43,164 bases of DNA, taken from the IMG/VR virus record IMGVR_UViG_3300006409_000042; one strand, given 5' to 3'. Below the pieces are notes generated by a model. It saw nothing but the letters and a program-made list of their open reading frames with translations. It made no database searches and had not been told where the DNA came from. Positions 1 through 7,942 of this stretch are shown here, one piece after another; position 1 is the stretch's first letter, and each line of letters opens with the position of its first letter. The DNA is from a virus. The translations under genes and the position numbers were made by a program.

Positions 1-70
1 GTTCTAACGTACAAGACTCAAGAAATGAGTGTGACTGGAGAAGCAGTTGGAACTGGCGATGGCTCTACAA
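1..70 (+). repeat. Terminal overlap, copy 1 (circular assembly)
   Basis: 1..70 matches 43095..43164 except G/T at offsets 33 and 40; reading frame continues across the junction (GYVLTYKTQEMSVTG). Confidence 0.95.
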
Positions 71-1113
71 CCGAATTCTTGCTCGACTTCTATCCTGTGA
101 AATCTGGATCGCTGACAGTCTACGTTGATGGTGTTGCGAAAACAGAGGGAACGGATTACACGGTAGACTACAACACTGGAAAGATAACTTGCACGACAGC
201 ACCAGCAGCTGGAGCTTCAATCACGGCAGATTACATCTACTACAAGGGCAGCAAATCTGAATTCTATGTCCAAACGATTGAACATCTCGTTGGCAGGATT
301 GTTAGAATCGTGCAGAATGGAGTTACTTATCACCGCAGGGTGATCAAGCAAGGGATCGACACATCATCAGATTCTCTTGGTGCGAGGTACATAAAGGTGT
401 TCCCGCCACTCCCATCGGAGATTAGGGGAAGTGGAGAGAACACTGTAAGGACCGAATCACAGAGCTATGAAATCGTTGGACATCATCTCGTAACAGCATA
501 CGAGTGGTTCAGTGTTGCAGCTTGGGCTGTCAAATACCGCTACAGGTTTGGCTTTGGCTTCCCCAAGGGCAACAACAATTGGGGCAAGGATTACAGGGAT
601 CCAAGGGAACAGAGGTATGAAGGTATTCCAGATCCTGTCAGACCTGGCTACAATGGCAACGACATCGCAAGAGTTCTTACGGGCAGCGGTCCACTGAGTT
701 GGAGCCTGAATGGTAGAAGGAGCGGTGTCTGGGACCTCAATGGCAATGTTTGGGAGTGGGTTGACTTACTAATAGGCAGCGAAACAGACTTCGTAATCTC
801 GCAAGGCTATCCAGGAGAAGGTCACTTACTTCCAACAACTGGTACAACATCAGGAGCCTCGATGTGGGTTGCAGAGCTTGAAGATTCTTCACAAGAGCTT
901 GCGGAACTCGGTATTCCTAAAACATTGAGTTCCACGCCAAATCCAGAACTCGATGACATGCGCTATTGGCTTGACGAGACTCGTACTGGAGAACGTGCTG
1001 CTCTCCGGGGCGGGGCTTGGGGCTATGGCTCGCGCGCGGGTGTCTTCTCGCTGAGCCTCAACGGCGCCCCCTCGGATACGTGGGGCGACGTCGGCTTCCG
1101 CGGCGCCTTCTGA
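1..1113 (+). CDS. DGR target protein, C-terminal part (tail fibre/receptor-binding protein, CLec/FGE-sulfatase-like fold); true start at 42597, ~536 aa when joined
   Basis: Motifs HLVTAYEW, GNNNWG, VWDLNGNVWEWV, RAALRGGAW...VGFRGAF typical of CLec DGR targets; GTGDGSTTEF..LTVYVDG..DYTVDY Ig-like insert; VR in the last 40 codons. Confidence 0.93.
   Translation, partial: VLTYKTQEMSVTGEAVGTGDGSTTEFLLDFYPVKSGSLTVYVDGVAKTEGTDYTVDYNTGKITCTTAPAAGASITADYIYYKGSKSEFYVQTIEHLVGRIVRIVQNGVTYHRRVIKQGIDTSSDSLGARYIKVFPPLPSEIRGSGENTVRTESQSYEIVGHHLVTAYEWFSVAAWAVKYRYRFGFGFPKGNNNWGKDYRDPREQRYEGIPDPVRPGYNGNDIARVLTGSGPLSWSLNGRRSGVWDLNGNVWEWVDLLIGSETDFVISQGYPGEGHLLPTTGTTSGASMWVAELEDSSQELAELGIPKTLSSTPNPELDDMRYWLDETRTGERAALRGGAWGYGSRAGVFSLSLNGAPSDTWGDVGFRGAF
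994..1106 (+). repeat. DGR variable repeat (VR)
   Basis: 113-bp ungapped match to 1566..1678; 14 mismatches, all at TR adenines (10 A>G, 3 A>C, 1 A>T). Confidence 0.98.
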
Positions 1114-1118
1114 AAAAT

Positions 1119-1171
1119 CTGGGAAACTGGAGGTCTGGTAAAAAGCTGGCTCTGGAGGTCTGGGAATCTGG
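1119..1171 (+). repeat. CTGG-rich tandem motif array downstream of VR
   Basis: Seven CTGG within 53 bp, including the 12-bp direct repeat CTGGAGGTCTGG at 1127 and 1152. Confidence 0.75.
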
Positions 1172-1518
1172 CGAGCGAAAAACACGAGAGACTCAAAATC
1201 TACAAGAAAGCCTACGACCTCACTCTCTATCTTTTACCTCTTTCAGAGAAGTTTCCAAAACCTCAACAACATAATGGGCTCGCGAGCGAGTTGCGTAAAA
1301 CATTGCTCGATATGCTGATGAAAATTGTTGAAGCGAACAACAGCAAGAGTGTTATTGCTCATGAAGAGATCGATGCATCGATTGAGAAGCTCAAGATCAT
1401 CCTAAGACTTTCCAAGGACCTCAAGTACATCAGCATCAAGCAATATGAGCATGCATCAAAGATGCTGATCGAGATCGGAAAGATGAATGGTGGTTGGCTA
1501 AAAGCGAACACATCATGA
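1168..1518 (+). CDS. avd: DGR accessory variability determinant (Avd-like four-helix bundle), probable CTG start, 116 aa
   Basis: Frame open upstream of the ORF-track TTG (1291): LASEKHERLKIYKKAYDLTLYLLPLSEKFPKPQQHNGLASELRK...LRLSKDLKYISIKQYE...EIGKMNGGWLK, an Avd/bAvd-like pattern; GGAGGT at 1154-1159 precedes CTG 1168; lies between VR and TR. Confidence 0.88.
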   Translation: MASEKHERLKIYKKAYDLTLYLLPLSEKFPKPQQHNGLASELRKTLLDMLMKIVEANNSKSVIAHEEIDASIEKLKIILRLSKDLKYISIKQYEHASKMLIEIGKMNGGWLKANTS

Positions 1519-1565
1519 GTCATGGTCATCCGTGGCGGGATGACGCGGGCCGGGCTCGGACACCC

Positions 1566-1678
1566 CGTGCTGCTATCCGGGGCGGGAATTGGGACAATGG
1601 CTCGAACGCGGGTGTCTTCTCGCTGAACCTCAACAACGCCCCCTCGGATACGTGGAACAACATCGGCTTCCGCGGCGC
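1566..1678 (+). repeat. DGR template repeat (TR)
   Basis: 21 adenines including 8 AAY codons in the VR frame; identical to VR at all non-A positions; ends in G/C-rich TCGGCTTCCGCGGCGC then diverges (AATATC vs CTTCTGA). Confidence 0.98.
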
Positions 1679-1787
1679 AATATCGTCGTGGATATAGGTG
1701 AGGTGACTACGGTTGCCTCACTGTCCAACGACGATACAGAGCCCGGTACCCGCCGCTGCTCAGCAATGGGCAGCGAAAAACAAAAAA

Positions 1788-1850
1788 GGTGGGGTGGAGT
1801 TAGTAGGTTCCCGAAAGCTCTGCCCCACCAAGCCACCCTCTTATGAGGGT
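1788..1850 (+). ncRNA. Structured TR-RT spacer (part of DGR RNA): two stem-loops
   Basis: 1788-1800 GGTGGGGTGGAGT pairs with 1817-1829 GCTCTGCCCCACC (13 bp with G-U); ACCCTC-TTAT-GAGGGT perfect hairpin at 1835-1850. Confidence 0.6.
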
Positions 1851-1855
1851 CTTGC

Positions 1856-2899
1856 TTGAAAACTTATGATAATCTCTTTGAGATCGTTTGCTCTTTTGAA
1901 CATCTCCTCCGATCCTTTTATCTTTGTCGCAAGGGTAAAACCTACCGCATTTATGCTTTGGAATTCGAGGCAAACCTCGAGGAAAATTTGTTCGAATTGC
2001 AAGAAGAACTTCGCACGGGAATGTGGGAGCCACAAGGCTACACGACTTTCTATGTTTACGATCCGAAAAAGCGCTTGATCAACGCTCCTACTTTTCGAGA
2101 CCGCATCGTTCACAGAGCTGTTCATGATGTTATTGAACCAATTTGGGAGCGAATTTTCATTTATGATTCTTATGCATGCAGAAAGGGTAAGGGAACTCAC
2201 AAAGGTGTGGATAGGTTGACAAAGTTTCTGAGGTCGTATCCACCAAAACAGAAAGTTTATTGCTTTAAAGCAGACATAGAGAGTTATTTTGCAAGTGTTG
2301 ATCACGAAATTCTGTTCAAAATCATCAAAAGAAAGATCGTGGATAAAGAATTACTCTCTGTTATTTGGAAGATTATCGACAGCTACCACGAAGAAGGAAA
2401 ACTTGGTGTCGGCATCCCACTCGGCAATCTGACATCTCAACTATTTGCCAACATTGTTCTCAATGAACTCGATTACTTCATCAAACACGAGTTGAGGGTT
2501 AAACATTACATCCGCTACATGGATGATTTCGTGATGCTTCATCCAGATAAAAAGCAACTTTGGGCTTGGAGAGATGAAATAGCAAAATTCTTGAAGAAGC
2601 TCAAGTTACAATTGCATCCAAAGAAGCAGATCGTTTTTCCAGCCAGCAAGGGCATCGACTTTTTGGGTTATATTGTTTTTAGAGATCATCGGAGGGTTAG
2701 AAGAAGGAATGTTCACCGCTTTTATCAGCGCCTCAAGAAGATAGCAAATGGGACCTTCGACAAAGATCCAGAACAATCGATAATGTCTTGGATGGGCTAC
2801 ACTATCCATGCGGATGCGTACGGACTCAACAAAAGCATAGCAAAGAAGTATCCAATTCTCGAAATCGGGTTGAAGAAGTTTTATCCAGATACCAAATAA
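1856..2899 (+). CDS. DGR reverse transcriptase, 347 aa (TTG start)
   Basis: KKRLINAPTFRDRIVHRA, YDSYACRKGKGTHKG, ADIESYFASVDH, GIPLGNLTSQLFAN, YIRYMDDF, GIDFLGY; adjacent to TR. Confidence 0.97.
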   Translation: MKTYDNLFEIVCSFEHLLRSFYLCRKGKTYRIYALEFEANLEENLFELQEELRTGMWEPQGYTTFYVYDPKKRLINAPTFRDRIVHRAVHDVIEPIWERIFIYDSYACRKGKGTHKGVDRLTKFLRSYPPKQKVYCFKADIESYFASVDHEILFKIIKRKIVDKELLSVIWKIIDSYHEEGKLGVGIPLGNLTSQLFANIVLNELDYFIKHELRVKHYIRYMDDFVMLHPDKKQLWAWRDEIAKFLKKLKLQLHPKKQIVFPASKGIDFLGYIVFRDHRRVRRRNVHRFYQRLKKIANGTFDKDPEQSIMSWMGYTIHADAYGLNKSIAKKYPILEIGLKKFYPDTK

Positions 2900-2949
2900 A
2901 GAAATCGAAACTTATTTATACTATCTTATAAGTAAGTTATAACATCGGG

Positions 2950-3123
2950 ATGTCTGTGAAGGTGGAAGTGCCAAGACTTAAGTGCCAACGTTGCGGACAT
3001 GAGTGGGTTCCAAGGAAGCCCGAAGTAAAGAAATGCCCGAAATGCAAATCCCCATACTGGAATGATCCATCGAGAATGAAGAAAAAGCGAACTCCGAAGC
3101 ACTTGCGCGAAAGAAGGAGTTGA
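2950..3123 (+). CDS. Small zinc-ribbon protein, 57 aa (below ORF-track cutoff)
   Basis: MSVKVEVPRLKCQRCGHEWVPRKPEVKKCPKCKSPYWN...; two CxxC motifs; AT-rich TATA-like tract at ~2910-2945 upstream. Confidence 0.8.
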   Translation: MSVKVEVPRLKCQRCGHEWVPRKPEVKKCPKCKSPYWNDPSRMKKKRTPKHLRERRS

Positions 3124-3321
3124 GTGGTGTTAAGGGTGTTGGGTGCTACAGCCTCAAGGGTCCGGATGCGGGTCGGGATGCATTTGGCGGCTTCGTTATC
3201 CAAACTCTTCTCAAGCGTAGCTAAGCTTAACTTAGAGGTTGCCACAGTTTTGCAAAGTTGCTCAAAAATCCTTGAGCTTAAAGGCAAGAACTTCTCTTTT
3301 TGCGAACCACAGGTGGTGTGA

Positions 3322-4413
3322 ATGATTGTCGAGCATGTCAGGGACACCAAGGGGGGAATGAGGGTCTACAAGCTCGATGGCGTTTTGTTGCACACGAATC
3401 CAGGATCTACACTCGAATCTATTCTCCACCAATTATCGCAATTCGGTAAACCATACTTCACTTCGATGGACTTCAAAGGGAATCAAAAGCGCATAAGTGA
3501 AGCTCTGTCATCTCTCTATAGAAAAGGAGCTCTTTCGAGAAGCAAGGGGATCATCAGTTTGAGGGGTAACGAGCGCTTCTACTTGTACTTCAGCCACAAA
3601 CTCGCATCTCTCCACGACAGACTTGTCGAGCAATTCTTGGCCGAAAACTTGCCAGACAGAATTGTTGACATCTACGACAGAATAAAATATGGCAAGGAAA
3701 TCTTGAGCAACTACGACATCAGGAGCGAGTATGGAACTGTGGATCTGACACCTCTCGAGAACTACATCCGCAATGGCTTGTTGGCATCGAAACATATCAA
3801 GAAGTACCAAGGTCGCTATGTCGATGCGACATTCTACTACAGTCCAGAACTCGAACAGAACATTGACAGGATAATCGAGGAGAAACTCGAATTGTCAATA
3901 CAGAAGAGGCACGAGGCGATGAAGAAGGGCAGAGAGTTCGAGAGCTTGCTTTACGAAGCTCTCTCAACTCTTTTTGAAACAAACAGAATCGCAATACAGA
4001 TCTTCGAATTCAACAAACAAGTTAGGAAGCAATTGCCAAATGGAAAGCTTCGAATCTTTGACCTCGTTGCCTACGCGATTCCAGTCATAGAAGTAAATGG
4101 CAAGTGGAAAAGGCTAAAGTGGTTCCATGGAAGCATAACGATTGTTTTCGAGTTTAAGTACAATTTCAGAGTTACGAAAGGTTTTCTCGCTGAATATTAC
4201 TTGGATGTCAAACAAGCCTATGGTGATCTTGCAATTCCAGCGCTCGTTGTGGATGGCAGTGTTTACGATTCAGCATGGGAGTTTTGCAGACACTATGGAA
4301 TCTGGATCATTACTGGTTCTTCCTTGGAGACCCTTCTGAATGCATCGATGGCTCCGCCTTCACAGGCATCCCCATTGGAGGTGGAGCCATGTTGGTTCGA
4401 AACTATATCGTGA
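3322..4413 (+). CDS. Winged-helix-like N-terminus plus Mrr-like PD-(D/E)xK endonuclease domain, 363 aa
   Basis: KGREFESLLYEAL...RIFDLVAY...IVFEFKY...AWEFCRHYGIWII resembles the type IV/Mrr catalytic pattern. Confidence 0.65.
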   Translation: MIVEHVRDTKGGMRVYKLDGVLLHTNPGSTLESILHQLSQFGKPYFTSMDFKGNQKRISEALSSLYRKGALSRSKGIISLRGNERFYLYFSHKLASLHDRLVEQFLAENLPDRIVDIYDRIKYGKEILSNYDIRSEYGTVDLTPLENYIRNGLLASKHIKKYQGRYVDATFYYSPELEQNIDRIIEEKLELSIQKRHEAMKKGREFESLLYEALSTLFETNRIAIQIFEFNKQVRKQLPNGKLRIFDLVAYAIPVIEVNGKWKRLKWFHGSITIVFEFKYNFRVTKGFLAEYYLDVKQAYGDLAIPALVVDGSVYDSAWEFCRHYGIWIITGSSLETLLNASMAPPSQASPLEVEPCWFETIS

Positions 4414-4601
4414 CAGGAGTTAGTTTAGAGGAACTCGAGCGAACAGTGTTGGAAGAGATCCGCCGATATGGCTCGAGGCTCGTGAGCCTCGAAGTGGAAC
4501 GCAGAGATGATGGATTGTACGACATAGATGTCGAGTACGAGGATTTGGTTGTGGATGAAGGGTTTAGGAAGCTGGTGAGGGGGCTTTGCAATGCCAACTA
4601 A
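4389..4601 (+). CDS. Hypothetical protein, 70 aa
   Basis: ATG 4389 after GGAGGTGG; overlaps neighbours in operon fashion. Confidence 0.65.
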   Translation: MLVRNYIVTGVSLEELERTVLEEIRRYGSRLVSLEVERRDDGLYDIDVEYEDLVVDEGFRKLVRGLCNAN

Positions 4602-5148
4602 GTACAAGGCTATTAAAGTTTACAAGCGTGGCAAAAGTGTCGCGGAGATAATTTGCGGGCGTTATGAACCAAACATAGATTCTGCGTGCAAGCACTCTGG
4701 AAACTGTAAGAATGAGGTTTTAAGAACTCTCGGAGAATTTAGCGAACTTCGTTGCTTTGCAAAAGAGTTGAAGTTTCCCTATACCTCTGAACACGAGTGC
4801 TTGAAGTGTGGTAAGAAGGTTGTTGTTGAGAACAGTACTTCCGTGCCCACTGGTTGGTTGTTGCGCAACGATGGCGTTACGCTATGTGACAAGTGCAAGG
4901 ATGAGCAAGATGATCTTGTAGAGTTCCTCAAGGAGATATATGAAGCAAAACTTGCGTTGGAATTTGCAATTAATGTGCTCGACAAAACCAATATCCTAAT
5001 CGGAAGAAGAAAGGAGATCAGAGGGCAATTGCAAGCATTGGTTGCAAAGCTCAAGCAAATGATCGTGGATTGCAGGGTGAGTAAACCTACTGAGGAAGAG
5101 CTCAAGGCTGAGATCGAGAAAATAAAGGCTATCGTTCAGATGGGGTGA
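4591..5148 (+). CDS. Hypothetical Zn-finger/coiled-coil protein, 185 aa
   Basis: CLKC...LCDKC motifs and C-terminal heptads. Confidence 0.7.
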   Translation: MPTKYKAIKVYKRGKSVAEIICGRYEPNIDSACKHSGNCKNEVLRTLGEFSELRCFAKELKFPYTSEHECLKCGKKVVVENSTSVPTGWLLRNDGVTLCDKCKDEQDDLVEFLKEIYEAKLALEFAINVLDKTNILIGRRKEIRGQLQALVAKLKQMIVDCRVSKPTEEELKAEIEKIKAIVQMG

Positions 5149-5423
5149 TACTCTTGTCAGACAAGTTGACAATACCATTGGGTCGAACTTGGGTGGGTTA
5201 CGAGTTTATCACCATTCAGCGCTACAAGCGGAAACCAAGATTCAAAATAACAAGTACTATCAAGTACTGGAGTGGAAAGTTCAGAACACTTGGCATAAAA
5301 TACGCCAAAACCGCTGAGGAAATTATAGATATAATAAACAACGAAATGCTGATTCCAATTTTCAAGTTGCCAAGGGAGGCAGAGGAGAAGATCCGCAATT
5401 TTTGTAAGGGGTGCGAGCAATGA
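5145..5423 (+). CDS. Hypothetical protein, 92 aa
   Basis: GTGA overlap with upstream gene; operon packing. Confidence 0.65.
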   Translation: MILLSDKLTIPLGRTWVGYEFITIQRYKRKPRFKITSTIKYWSGKFRTLGIKYAKTAEEIIDIINNEMLIPIFKLPREAEEKIRNFCKGCEQ

Positions 5424-6019
5424 AGCAAGTTCCCAATCCGTTCTTCGAGGTATGTCAGAATAACAAGGACCACCCATACCACAACAAGCAATGCGATGAG
5501 AGTTGTCCCGATAGAGACCTTTGCATGAGAGGGGAATTGATAGACATCAAAGAGTTTCTCGGTTGCAACGATTGCAAATACAGCGGCATAGCGAACATTA
5601 ATGGCGATAGGCATGTTTGTTTGGCGACTGGAGATATAGTCCTGATAGAAGAGCTCCAACAATGCCCCCTTGACACGAATCCATTGCAAAAGACAATCAC
5701 GCCAGAAGAAGTGCGAAAGTATGGATTGTTGCTCGAGGAGGCAATTGAAATTTTGAAGAGATTGAATGACACGATTTCCAGGATAAGATATTCTTTTGAT
5801 CGCAACGACCTCGAGGCATTGCTTTATGGCAAAACAAAGCTGCCCAAGAAGACAATCAGAGCTGTTTTGGATGCTATAGAGAAGGCGAGAAACGCTGATG
5901 AGAAACACGCTTTGAGGAAGTTCATTGCAACGATGGGCGATGTACGCTACAAGGATGTTGTCGTAGTGCTTGATGAAATCGAGAGGTTGAGCGAGAGGTA
6001 CATGGGGGATGAGCGATGA
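5420..6019 (+). CDS. Hypothetical Cys-rich protein, ~199 aa
   Basis: ATG 5420 overlapping upstream stop; several CxxxC/CxxC motifs. Confidence 0.7.
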   Translation: MKQVPNPFFEVCQNNKDHPYHNKQCDESCPDRDLCMRGELIDIKEFLGCNDCKYSGIANINGDRHVCLATGDIVLIEELQQCPLDTNPLQKTITPEEVRKYGLLLEEAIEILKRLNDTISRIRYSFDRNDLEALLYGKTKLPKKTIRAVLDAIEKARNADEKHALRKFIATMGDVRYKDVVVVLDEIERLSERYMGDER

Positions 6020-6384
6020 ACGAATTGAAACTTGTAGAGATACTTGCCAATAAGGGCGAGCCAATCGTTAACATAGTAAAGGAACACGCCTTGCTTCGCT
6101 TGGAAGATCCGAATCACATTTTCGCCATAATAAGCTACGATGCGGTCAAGGATCTCAGCAACCACATTCTTCTGATGAAGCCCTTACCAAAGGACATCAA
6201 AGCTCTGTCATCAATCCTTTCCAAATATGGTATCAAGCGCTTGTACTTGGCGATAGAAGTCGATAACAGGAAGACAGCTGGAAAAGTCATTGGCAAGAAA
6301 GGCTGGAAGATGAAGATGTTGAGCAAATACATCGGAATGCCACTCAAAGTTGTCGTAGATGGTTCTGGAGGGGATGACCAATGA
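6016..6384 (+). CDS. KH-domain RNA-binding protein (archaeal NusA-KH-like), 122 aa
   Basis: AIEVDNRKTAGKVIGKKGWKMKMLSKYIGMPLKVV carries the KH GxxG loop (IGKKG). Confidence 0.65.
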   Translation: MNELKLVEILANKGEPIVNIVKEHALLRLEDPNHIFAIISYDAVKDLSNHILLMKPLPKDIKALSSILSKYGIKRLYLAIEVDNRKTAGKVIGKKGWKMKMLSKYIGMPLKVVVDGSGGDDQ

Positions 6385-6659
6385 ACACGTGGATAAAGAC
6401 TGGCAGACTTTACATCAGGGCCGATGACATCAAGCAAATATACTACAGACCAACGAAGGACAGAAATGGAAGGGATGGCTTCGAATTCTTCGCTGTTACG
6501 GACAGGAAGAAGCCTCGCCTCGGATTCTTCAGGTTGAAGAGTGAGAGGCAAGCCAAGAAAGCGATTGAATTGCTCATTAAAAGCTTGGTACATGGAGGAA
6601 TAGTGGACTTCGATCAGATTGTCGAGAGCGCAAAAATACGCGTTGAGGTGAGAGAATGA
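6381..6659 (+). CDS. Hypothetical protein, 92 aa
   Basis: ATGA overlaps at both ends; GGAGGG SD upstream. Confidence 0.7.
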   Translation: MNTWIKTGRLYIRADDIKQIYYRPTKDRNGRDGFEFFAVTDRKKPRLGFFRLKSERQAKKAIELLIKSLVHGGIVDFDQIVESAKIRVEVRE

Positions 6660-7378
6660 ATGTAATATGCAAGGCTTCTATTCTTAAAACAGTAGTACAA
6701 GCTCTCAGACCTTTTGTCAGCGAGGCAAAGTTTCGATTCAACGATGGACTCAATGTCAGAGCTGTGGATGCCAGCAATGTCGCGATGGTCATCGTGAAAG
6801 TACCATTGGATGCTTTCGAAGCCTTCGATGCGAAGGAAGAGATCGTGGGTGTGGACATAGACAGACTCAACGATTTGTTGAAAGGACTGAAAAAGGACGA
6901 TTTAGTAGACATCGTTTTCGATGGAAAAGCAATAAAGTTGCGAAGCGGGAACATGGCATACGAGCTTAAAGCCATAGATCCTTCGGCAATAAGAAGGGAG
7001 CCTAAACAACCAAGCTTGGATTTGCCAGCCAAGATAACTTTGAAGGTTGAAGAAGTCAAGAAGTTCATTTCTCTTGCTAAAAACATATCTGACAGCGTAA
7101 TTTTCAGAACCGACAAAGAATCGTTCTACGTAGAAGCAAAAGGAGATATCGATAGGCTCGTTCTCGAAATCGATTCTGCGGATCTTGAAGAGTTCGAGGG
7201 CGCTGAAGCCAGAAGCATGTTTGGCTTGGATTACTTGGAAATGATGCTAAAAGTCGCATCATCTGACGATTTGCTCACGATACATCTTGGCACCGATTAT
7301 CCAGTGAGGTTGCACTTCGAAATCGGAAGTGTCGTTGTGGAGTATTTCTTGGCTCCAAGAATAGAGTACGAGGGATAG
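6656..7378 (+). CDS. pcn: DNA polymerase sliding clamp (PCNA), 240 aa
   Basis: RAVDASNVAMV, IDPSAIRREP, EAKGDID, EARSMFGLDYL, LLTIHLGTDYPVRL, YFLAPRIE: archaeal PCNA, closely resembling Archaeoglobus PCNA from memory. Confidence 0.96.
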   Translation: MNVICKASILKTVVQALRPFVSEAKFRFNDGLNVRAVDASNVAMVIVKVPLDAFEAFDAKEEIVGVDIDRLNDLLKGLKKDDLVDIVFDGKAIKLRSGNMAYELKAIDPSAIRREPKQPSLDLPAKITLKVEEVKKFISLAKNISDSVIFRTDKESFYVEAKGDIDRLVLEIDSADLEEFEGAEARSMFGLDYLEMMLKVASSDDLLTIHLGTDYPVRLHFEIGSVVVEYFLAPRIEYEG

Positions 7379-7380
7379 CA

Positions 7381-7623
7381 ATGTATGTAACTCTCAGAAG
7401 CATTGGTGTTGAAGATTCGATGAAGAAAAGGACTTACAAAGCAAAGTTGCAGAACACTGGAGACATAGACATCACGATAACAATCAAGGCTGAAACAAAG
7501 GAGGACTTGAAGAGATTTCTGAGAACAATAAAAAAAGGCGCTGTTTTCGAGCTGAAGCTCGAACCGATTAGCAGCATCAATGAGCGAAGTCTTGACGATT
7601 TTGTGGAGTTCGAGGGGGATTAA
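7381..7623 (+). CDS. Hypothetical protein, 80 aa
   Basis: ORF in operon after pcn. Confidence 0.65.
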   Translation: MYVTLRSIGVEDSMKKRTYKAKLQNTGDIDITITIKAETKEDLKRFLRTIKKGAVFELKLEPISSINERSLDDFVEFEGD

Positions 7624-7625
7624 CA

Positions 7626-7754
7626 ATGCAGATTGTCATTGTCATCGGAGCTGTAAATTGCAAGCATCATGGACTCATGACACTCGAGATGTGTCAGAAA
7701 TGCCCCTATTTTGGCGGATTCGTCGGATTCAAACAAGTGAGGTGTAACAGATGA
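7626..7754 (+). CDS. Small Cys-rich protein, 42 aa
   Basis: MQIVIVIGAVNCKHHGLMTLEMCQKCPYFGGFVGFKQVRCNR; GAGGGGG SD; fills the gap and overlaps the next ATG. Confidence 0.55.
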   Translation: MQIVIVIGAVNCKHHGLMTLEMCQKCPYFGGFVGFKQVRCNR

Positions 7755-7942
7755 TGGCAGCGTTATCAATTCTGATTCTAATTTATTTTGCAATTGGGGC
7801 TTGGGTAGGCTTTGGAGCCACAAAATACCACAAGAAGCCCGAGGACAAATTGATCACGTTGCTTTTAGCTATGGTGCTTTGGCTTCCAGTTCTCGTTTGG
7901 GCTTTTGTTGACGAACTCAGGAGTGGTGGAGGATATGAATAG
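7751..7942 (+). CDS. Small membrane protein, 63 aa
   Basis: Two hydrophobic segments. Confidence 0.7.
   Translation: MMAALSILILIYFAIGAWVGFGATKYHKKPEDKLITLLLAMVLWLPVLVWAFVDELRSGGGYE

Noticed and set aside
1494-1846. ORF-track ORFs over the TR (1494..1697, 1589..1846) and 1017..1274
   Set aside because: Shadows of the TR/VR sequence; the TR functions as RNA and these lack credible RBS context.
2937-3350. Minus-strand ORF 2937..3350, plus ORF 3124..3321, and the many antisense ORFs over structural genes
   Set aside because: No motifs or RBS; they overlap well-supported plus-strand genes.
7124-7135. TTCTACGTAGAA palindrome in pcn (and TTCTACAGTAG at 40906) resembling the 17262 operator
   Set aside because: Inside coding sequence, lacks the central base or last bases; compatible with chance.
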